Shown: positions 52,868-64,000 of the stretch, piece by piece
Layout: each line of letters begins with the position of its first letter
Numbering within the stretch: position 1 is the stretch's first letter
Assembly: GCA_951406725.2 (NCBI GenBank)
Contig: OX597834.1
Location: 558,001 to 622,000, forward strand
Length of the DNA stretch: 64,000 nucleotides
DNA from: Octopus vulgaris
Lineage: Eukaryota
Direction: 5' to 3'
Program-made: the position numbers and the translations under genes
Notes under the pieces: generated by a model
Database searches by the model: none
Told to the model about the DNA's origin: nothing
Seen by the model: the letters and a program-made list of their open reading frames with translations, nothing else

Positions 52868-53914
52868 CACACACACATCATGTAAGCATATATGTATGCA
52901 AGTGTATATATATGTTTCATTGACGTATATTGGCAATTGATAACATCATCAGACAGTAAATTGCAAAACCGGTGCTTTTCGACCGAAGTTCCTTATTGTA
53001 TTTTGAACTGTATTCATTATATCATACACACCTGACATAAAACCCATCCCAAATAAAGGGGACTAATGATCGACTTGTTAGAATCGTGTTTATCTTTGAC
53101 ACACAAAGTTCTCTGTCTCTGTCACGATAACGCATTCAACATCTATTTGATAATTTTCCTGGCATTAATCAGTAGAAATAGATGAAATACCAGTGGAACT
53201 AAAACCGCGATGGACCCCAATGGTAACATCATAAAAAACTCTAAATAGTTTGTGTGTAAATTCCGAACACATATACAAAGGTGTCTCTATGCTAATGTTA
53301 TTTGAAGCCCAGAACGAGCCTATAATCCTGGTTTCAATTCCTACCGTATCCAAGACATTTTAAAGTTCTGATAGGTTTAACAATTCAAACATTATCTATT
53401 TATTGCGTTTTGACAAAGTTCTGTTTCGTGAAGTAAATAATGAAGCAGGACTTGGTTCTTGAATAAAGGACAAGCGTATGCACATCATAGTGAGTATTGC
53501 TATAACAATTGATATGTCATTAAAGAATATCAATATCTCATAAGATAAGTTAAACAGAAACATAGAAAGCAAAAGCAAGTGGAGAGAAAGGGAGCCAAAG
53601 AGAAAGAGAGAGAAAAAAGGAAAGGGAGAGGCAGAAGAGCAACACACAACATTCGAAACGAAACATTTACACAATACATTGTAGAAAAAATATATTTATA
53701 AGGTAAGAGTAATATAAATTGACAAATATGAATACAATAATATAGAGAAAAAGAAGAAATATATTGAATATTTTCCAGAAACGATATGATTTTTATAAGA
53801 TATCATTCAGAGATGATTGTGACGGATGTAAATCTCTAAGAGGAATCAATAATTTCGTATTTCACGTGTTTGGGAAGAAAGATCTTCAGAATGTTGATTG
53901 TGTGTGTGCATATG

Positions 53915-53966
<52 letters not shown>

Positions 53967-54445
53967 CGGGCGCGCAATAACACATATATAGTCTTCAAAA
54001 TTCGGAACGTTTCACGGAACAATGTTCTTGTAGATTGATGTAAAGACACCAGGGTGGCTGTAACTGGGAAGTCCTTGATCTGATGTCTGCATGATCTGAA
54101 TCAAGGTAAACTTAGCACCAAACAACAATAATGAAATCAAGAAAACGTTGGGGAGAGACGAACAGTCAGCCCGGAGTTGTAGGAAAAACAATAAAGAAAC
54201 TGGTAGCAACAGTTCAAAGGACGCTGGCAATTTTATGTTTTGTTCTCGTTGAATGATTTAATCAGAGGAGTTGAGGCAACATCCTCAATTCTCTTTAGGG
54301 TTAAGGACCAGCAAATAAGGGAGAAATTTATTCTTGGACCGAAGACTTGATCTGAATATTTACCACAGATGGACTCTACTAAAGGTACTCAAGGACCAAG
54401 TGGTGGTATTAACTTGGGTGACAACAGAATGGAGTCTGCTAAATG

Positions 54446-54476
54446 TAGCTAGGGACCAGGTTTCGGTCCCTAGCTA
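54446..54476. other. Perfect 12-bp hairpin
   Basis: tagctagggacc-aggtttc-ggtccctagcta. Confidence 0.8.
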
Positions 54477-55831
54477 GAGAAAAGAATATAACGATATGCA
54501 AATGAATATTTCAATTTAAAGTACAATTACGTTAAAGAACCTGATAAGTCCCCAATAACTTACAAAAAAGAATTTGTAAATCGTGATTGGAAGCAACGTC
54601 CATGTGTCATTTCATTTAGAGCTACGTGAAAGAGGTAATCACGAAACAGTTGCTATGATATAGGATGATTTTTCTTGTAATCTAAACACTTCAGTCAATA
54701 ATTTACCAAATGGATGTGATTTTAATTATAACGACTAAATATTTATTATATTGCATCATTCTGTTGACCCATATAGCAGAAAGTTTATTTTAGGTGAGAC
54801 GCAGATAAATCAATTTCTGGAGAGGAGCTTCTTGGTTTAACAAACTGGCGTGAATAATGATAGATGTTCACAAGTTACAATTTATCCTTACCTTGTAATA
54901 ATTAAACAACTTTTAAGAGAGGAAAATGTACTAACCGAATATAGAGTTACAGGTGTTATAAATACCTTTATATTAACAGTAATTGAGCAGCAGGATTCTA
55001 AGATTGCCGCAGAAAACTCAATTTGTCTTCCTCTAACACCCATCAATATTTAAAACAACTTTGGTAAATGTCTGAATTAGGAAAGTGTCTGCCACACAAA
55101 TTGCTGGCCGATGGCAAATGATTGGGAGATAAAGTAGAACGCTTTATCGGAATGGAATAGAAGAGAGAAAGTGGTATATATGCGTATATTTAGAATGTTA
55201 ATATCTGGTTTTGTAGTAAGAGCAGATGAAATGTAAATATTTATCAAGGAAGCAGGTCTTAAGAAGTGTTTCCCCGCCATGATCTATCGCTACTGGTTTA
55301 CATTTATCTCAAAAATTACTGAAGCAAATAAATTCTCCAGCCATGTGAAAAGTATTTGTTATCCTCCATTGATACTTCGTTGTGCAAATTCGCTTTCTCT
55401 TTCCCTCTCGCTTAAAGTTGTCTTATAATAGTTTAATAATCAAAGATTGTGTTGGAAATATATACCAGCGTAACTATGGAAAGTTTTTGGAAAGCCTCGC
55501 AGATTTTTAAAATTTTATTTTGAAATAATATCTTAATGTCAGATAAAGAAATATATAAACAGACCCCTGTAAGTTTAGAGGGGTCACTTGAGGGTTTAAT
55601 CTGTATGCAGGGACTTTCGGGTTAACTGGTGAATCAAATCAGTTTCAAGGATTTGTGAATGTGCATGTATGAGTGTGTGTGTATGTATATATGAAAGGGT
55701 ATGTGTGAATATATTTACACTATGACCATTTTTGTATGTGTTTGTGTGTGTATATATTTGCATTATATGTGCAGATATGTGTGTATGTAGATATACTCGC
55801 ACTCATGTATATGCATATTTCTTTAGTTCAA

Positions 55832-55866
<35 letters not shown>

Positions 55867-57295
55867 TGTGTGATGCACACATTGTATACACACTCACGCA
55901 CACACACACACTCTCACGCTTGTACGTATGAATACGTTCATGAAATCCAAATGGTGAAACATTTGAATGTTACACAGTTTTAGATTTTGTTTCCGGAAAA
56001 GTTCCATTATTGTGGGGTTCTTATGTAAATCCGTTGCTGCATAGCTTCGTGAGTCCATAATGATAGAAATAAATCGGAATATATATTAAACAGTTGTAAA
56101 TTCCTCTTTAGTTTACCAAAAATGTTCTCTTTCTCCAAATTCACTTCCCTCGAGAAAAAAAAATCTCTACAAAGCAATAGTTTGGTTCCCCGTCCCGTCA
56201 TCGAACTGGTCTGTTATGTTTGCACTGGGTTGCTGTTTTGATTGGAATATCTTTGCCAAGGCTCCTCATTGTTTTAATTTATGGAAACATTCTTTGCCTT
56301 TGTTATGACCATCGTGACCATCTCTGCTTTTTATGGTATTGTAAATAGCTTGAGCGACAATATCCTTTCACATGGAAAGAGAAATATGAGTGATATCTTC
56401 CACATTGCTAAAACAGAAATGATATTTCTGTCACAGCTTGAAACCTGACTACTTTCTTACTGCTTTTATAGAGCAGATATTTACTACTTTTTTTCCTGTT
56501 TGCGATAGCGAAGAAGGCATAACGTTCTAAGCGGGATGTGATGTGACTCTCCCAGGTCCAGATTGTATGTGTTATATCCTTCTCAGAGGAGGTAGCTTAA
56601 TTATCATTTGCGGTTGTATGCATGCCTGTGTGTAACCTTTGGTTTTGGTCTTGCATTTCGGCGAAGGATGTGAATATTGCCCAGAAAAATAATAAACCGG
56701 TGCTTTCACATGAAAATCCCCCTTGTTAACTATAACAGCTGAGTTTCACAGGCGCCTCTTTACTTCTCTCATCATCGTAAATCTAACGAATCACTGTTTT
56801 ATTTTTTTACATTAGAAACGTGTAACAACATTATTGTTCACGAATTGCAAGATATAAAAAAAAGAAATAAAATAAAGAAATGCACTGGAAAATGTGTTGA
56901 GTGACTCAGGTGAGAATCACCTGGCAGTTATCTAGATTCAACGGAGAGTTAAGCTGTTAGTAGGAAGGTAAATGGTGACAAGATAATTAACAATTGAAAT
57001 TAGAAATCAATTAATTTCAGGTAGGTGTTTCAACGAACAATCAATGTTGACACAAACAAATTGATGATCGTTAAAAATATTTCATTAAATATTAAAAAAT
57101 TCTGAAAAACTGAACAGGTAAACGCTATGAATGTCTGTCTAATGATGGCTCTGTGTAGATGTTTACGTGTATATATTAATATTTGTAGGCTTAATAGAAG
57201 TGATTTGATATATATATATATATATATATATATACAGGAAGATGTATCTATGTATCTTTATATGCATGTATGTATGTATGTATGTATGTATGTGT

Positions 57296-57333
<38 letters not shown>

Positions 57334-57800
57334 TTGTTTAAAATAACAAAGCAAATTTTCTGATTATTGATTTCTCCATAAACTTTCAGAAAGTTTCAAA
57401 GTGATATTTAAATGCGTCTAAAATCTTTGATCTGTATTAATAAAACAGCAAATAACGTGTGAAGAAACATGGCCGACCGACGTATTTGGACGAGAGAATT
57501 GATAAAATCCTTGAGAAGTAGGTTCACCCATCGATTTTATTTCAAACAAGAATGCAAAAACAAAATCCGAAACACATTTTTTTCTATTAACCTGTTTCGT
57601 CCTTATTTCTCATCTCTTTGTTCGACATTTGTGTCTGTCTCTCTGCCTGCTTGTCTGTCTGTATGTCTCTGCGCCTTTCGTGTCACTTCTCTCTCTCTTC
57701 CCTCTTACTCTCTCTGCATGTATTTTTTTCTGTCTGCCTTTCTCTGTGAGTCTGTCTTTGATTGGTTTCCTCAGTATGTTTACCACACACACACACTCAC

Positions 57801-57862
<62 letters not shown>

Positions 57863-57903
57863 ATTCACTTTCTGTTACTTTGTCTACCCGTCTGTGTATG
57901 TCT

Positions 57904-58302
57904 CTTTCTCTCATCACGTCTCGTCCTCTCTTTTTTTCTCACTCTCTCTAGCCTGTCTGTCTCTCTTACTGTTTATGTCTAAATCCCCGTTATTATATCA
58001 CAGTGTCTGTTTGACTCTCCTCTCAGTTATTACATTTGTCCAACTCTCTCTCTCTCTCTCCCTCTCTCTCTCTGTTAGGCTATCTGTTGTTTATCATTAC
58101 CCTGTGCGGTACTTCTATGCTATTGATTCCAACCCGAAGAGCAGCTATCTAATACTGTCAGTGTAAGATTAATGTAATACCTGAGAGGAGAGTCAAACAG
58201 ACACTGTGATATAATAACGGGGATTTAGACATAAACAGTAAGAGAGACAGACAGACTAGAGAGAGTGAGAAAAAAGAGAGGACGAGACGTGATGAGAGAA
58301 AG
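57904..58302. repeat. Near-perfect ~132-bp inverted duplication (57904-58036 and 58171-58302)
   Basis: ctttctctcatcacgtctcgtcc...gactctcctctcagttattacatt / aatgtaatacctgagaggagagtc...ggacgagacgtgatgagagaaag. Confidence 0.92.
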
Positions 58303-59045
58303 TACAGCCATGGAAATTGGAAGTGTTGTACTTCACAATTAATTCCATGCAGCCAAAACAGAAGTTGCTGGAAAAAATAGCGGGGTTTGGCTGATGAAAG
58401 TAACCCTAAAAAAGAGACCGAGGGTTCTATACTGTCAGTGTAAGATTAAGCTTTAGTCACGAAGTAGAGGGTCAACCTTAGGAATGTGCGAGTGTCTCCG
58501 CTGTGCCATATCTGCAATAGAGTGGATGAAACCATTGGCCATATGACGAACGAAAGGCCTAGACTCGCCCAAAACCACTGCAAGTTATGGCGACGAGATG
58601 AGGTAGCGAAAGTGCTACATTGGAAGCTGTGCAAAAAGTGAAGGATAGAGAAATGCAAGACACGTGGTATGAGCAGAAACCGCAGAGTCGGAGACTAGCA
58701 AAATCCTCTGGGATTTCCCAGTCCAAACTCATTAGATGTTAGAGCATACACCTTTGACCAACGAATAGTCAAGGAAGACGAAAAGATAGATAGATACAAC
58801 CCTCTTAAGTACGAAACAGCCTGGCTATGGAAAATGAAGAAGGTGAAGATAGTGCCAGTTATTGTTGGGTCCTTGGGAACAGTAATTGAAGGCATCAAAG
58901 GGAATATAAAGGAAATTGGAATAGAGTGCCCAGAAGAACTGTTACAAAAGGTTTGCCTCCTTGGCACGGCCAGAATAATCAGGAAAGTATTAGATAGCTG
59001 AAAAGAACGGATAGCATGATACCATAAGCAAAATCTGCGATAAGG
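58303..59045 (+). mobile_element. Old R4/Dong-like non-LTR retrotransposon 3' fragment (CCHC finger + restriction-like endonuclease)
   Basis: WLMK..KETEGSILSV*D*AL; CHICNRVDETIGH; VLHWKLC; ILWDFPVQT; EKIDRYNPL; IVPVIVGSLG; LQKVCLLGTARIIRKVL*; followed by an AAT-like tail. Confidence 0.8.
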
Positions 59046-59094
59046 AGATAATATTAATAATAATATTAATAATAATAATAGTAATAGTAATAAT

Positions 59095-61264
<2,170 letters not shown>

Positions 61265-61265
<1 letters not shown>

Positions 61266-61430
61266 CCTTTATATAATAATAAGCACAAGGCCTGAAGTTT
61301 AGGGTAGGGGACTAACCGATTACATCGAGCCCGGTGTTTCACTGGTACTTAATTTATCGTTCGCGAAAGGATGAAAGGCAAAGTCAACCCCAGCAGAATT
61401 TGAACTCAGAATGTAACGGCAGAGAAAATA
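61265..61430 (-). mobile_element. SINE family A, 5'-truncated, tail type 2
   Basis: gcacaaggcctgaag...actggtacttaatttatcg...ggatgaaaggcaaagtcaacc...tttgaactcagaa. Confidence 0.85.
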
Positions 61431-61653
61431 TCTATTTCTTTACTACCCACAAGGGGCTAAGCACAGAGAGGACAGACAAACGGATTAAGTCGATTATATC
61501 GACCCCAGTGCGTAACTGGTACTTATTTAATCGACCCCGAAAGGATGAAAGGCAAAGTCGACCTCGGCAGAATTTAAACTGAGAACGTAGCGGCAGACGA
61601 AATTCCGCTAAGCATTTCGCCCGGTGTTCTAACGATTCTGCCAGCTCGGCGCC
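61431..61653 (-). mobile_element. SINE family A, full length, tail type 1 (Tx1-like 3' end)
   Basis: Same head and body as 7412, but the tail reads ttaatccgtttgtctgtcctctctgtgcttagccccttgtgggtagtaaagaaataga. Confidence 0.9.
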
Positions 61654-63179
61654 TTAACAACAAAAACCACAAAAACAACAACAACAACAACAACAACAAA
61701 ATATATAAACTTTCATCCTTGCATTTATCTGTGATAATTGACTTTTTTTAAATATTGTATTATTAATCACCGTCATTATTCTAAATCAGCAAATATTTGC
61801 AATGCCTGTGGCAGTATTTGTAGGAGAGAATGTTCTTGATTCTTAAGGATTAAGAATAACGAACTTCAGTGAAAATCACAGAAACCTATGTATTTCTCGT
61901 TGAATAGATGTGGCGCTGTGCAAAATGTCAGCCATCTTTCTACAAACGTATGGCTTCAACAAGGTATGTACATTTACTCTTATAATTTAAGATATATATT
62001 AATATTTTAAGATATATAAGGATATTAGGTTATGTAAACAAGGAAAAAAGCAAACGGTTCTGAAAATCGAAACAGGTTTACACAACTATAGTGCTGAAAT
62101 TCAATAAGATCCTTTTAAAATCTAGAATCAAATTAAATTTACTCAGTTATGGAAATTAGTTTCAAACACAGCAAATAGATAATATAAAATCGATTATTAT
62201 AATTTGACCTAAAGTCCTTCTTATGGAGTTAGAAAAACGTGAAATCATTGTCTTCCGTTTCTATTTTGGTTTGTGAGAGAATTTACACTTATCGTCCGTT
62301 TCGTTTGACAGTTGAATCTATTTTGATGGAATTATCAAAAGATGATATCAGAATCTTTAGAAATGGCGCGGCTAGAGGTGGCACCGAATTCATGATTCAA
62401 TTCAATTCACAGACAACAGTTGATCTCTTATTTCAGTTTTAATCCGTCCGAACTGCCCCAATCAACGATGATTCATTGACATATGGTGGCGTCTGTAACG
62501 ATTATTACAAGTCAAGGACATATGGCAGACAGGAGACAGTTTTGAAATGAAATTCATTAGAATATTTAACCTTGACTATTTCCATGCCGAATTCTACTTT
62601 GAACTGTATTTTGAGTCTACTTTGTCTTTCATCATTTCAGAAGAACAATATCAGCAGCAGAGTCTTATTTTATTTTAATTCATTAAACATCTTTAAACGC
62701 ACGGCATCGTCTGCTGCCAACACACACACACACACAATCTCACAATATATACAACGGGATTTGGCACAGCTTCTGCCTACCAAATTTGCAATGTATTGGT
62801 CAGTTTGAGCTATATTAAAATCGTTCAAAGTGCTACGCGATTGGGTTCAACTCGAAACAAAATATTTGTGAAGCGAACTTATTAACGACATTCTTCTGCC
62901 TATTGTAGAAAATGCCAAATACCTTGAAGCTAAGTTAGTGACCAGCTCAGTAAAAGACAGAGAATGAAAGGCAATTAAATGGGGAGCATACCCTAAATAA
63001 TCATAAATTACCAAAATTGTAGAAGTTTTCCTTAACGGACAGTATTAAAACCAAACTCATTTTCGCAACAGTTGCCTTTGTTGCATGGTTACAACATATG
63101 ATAGGAAAAACTGCTAGATTGAATGCACAGCTGTCTGCTACGAATGGTTCTTCACATCATTTAGAGGAGAAGCATCGCC

Positions 63180-63745
63180 AATGTAGAACATCATGAAGGT
63201 TTACAGAAATTAACTGAAAAACGGTTTGCACTCAATAGGGCACCGTGATCAACAGGCTCAAGAAGAAGCTTGAAATATAATGCTATGGCGGCACCGCCAA
63301 ACCTTAGATAGATGAATTCATGTCAACGTGACATCGTCTTGAAGACCAGATCAAATATAAGTGTGGCGATGATCGATCAAGACATCCGGAAAAGAGATGT
63401 CTTCCGTGTTTGGCTGAAAGAATGGCTGAGATGAGAGCGAGATCGTCAATTTATTGGATATATTATCTCAACGAAATGGTGTTTCTAAGCAAAAATTAAC
63501 CACCAGTTTCCTATGTTAAACAACCATTAATCTGGTCAGGTTTATCAGTTGATGGATAATTAACGAGTTTATGTAATACAATAATCTCTGGTTGGTGTCA
63601 GTTGGTCTCATAAAACTCTCTTGAGATGAAAGTCTGGCTGCAAGCAGAGACAGAAAATTTCAACGTAAAAAGCATTCAATTATAATGCCATGTCGTAGCT
63701 TAATGCCATGCTGCAGGCCAGGGCAAACGCCTACGGGAAGTGAAC
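63180..63745 (+). mobile_element. Possible highly decayed Tc1-like transposase remnant
   Basis: Fragments LIWSGLSVDG (cf. VMVWGxIS) and MPCR/LNAMLQARANA (cf. SMPRRLxAVIxAxG); no terminal inverted repeats seen. Confidence 0.35.
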
Positions 63746-64000
63746 AGAAGTATTGGGTTTCGATTTTCGACAGCAGATGTTTTTGAAATCAACTACATTT
63801 TATTTCTCTTGGATTGTATTTCCGTGTGTTTACCATCGTCAACATTTTGGAAAATTAATAATCTTGTGTGTCTATTTAGAAACAAATGGTGAAATTTAAC
63901 ATTTGATATTTTTGGGGCGAAAATATTCCTTAGTTTATGTTGAATGTAAATGTTATGTGGTGGTCCTTTTCCACTGTTAATTTTATAATATCTATTTTAT

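Noticed and set aside
52960-53000. Hammerhead-like fragment (minus strand, ggtcgaaaagcaccggt)
   Set aside because: No CUGANGA or UUGANAA core and stem II is too weak.

Overview
AT-rich, microsatellite-saturated eukaryotic DNA. The SINE families and simple-repeat load look like an octopus (coleoid cephalopod) genome; this is an inference from recall, not verified. The window is almost entirely intron-like or intergenic. Only one convincing host exon is seen (minus strand, 23880-24144, protein not identified). The rest is decayed mobile DNA: a Tx1/L1-clade LINE 3' half, a Penelope-like element (PLE; RT + C-terminal GIY-YIG), CR1, RTE, two stacked R4/Dong-like fragments, a Hero-like 3' end, a HINE/Helentron-like element, a possible Tc1 remnant and many tRNA-derived SINEs. 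There is also a 7-kb G-rich 20-bp minisatellite with a ~2.2-kb higher-order duplication. Most ORFs in the supplied track are microsatellite artefacts. The best leads are: (1) the PLE is bracketed by inverted pseudo-LTR-like arms, each carrying a hammerhead-like motif with a compensatory U3-A8 core; (2) one SINE tail matches the 3' end of the Tx1 LINE; (3) R4/Dong elements are stacked in (AAT)n tracts; (4) several fold-back or templated inversions. I cannot show a wholly new system from sequence alone. Coordinates of degenerate repeats are approximate.
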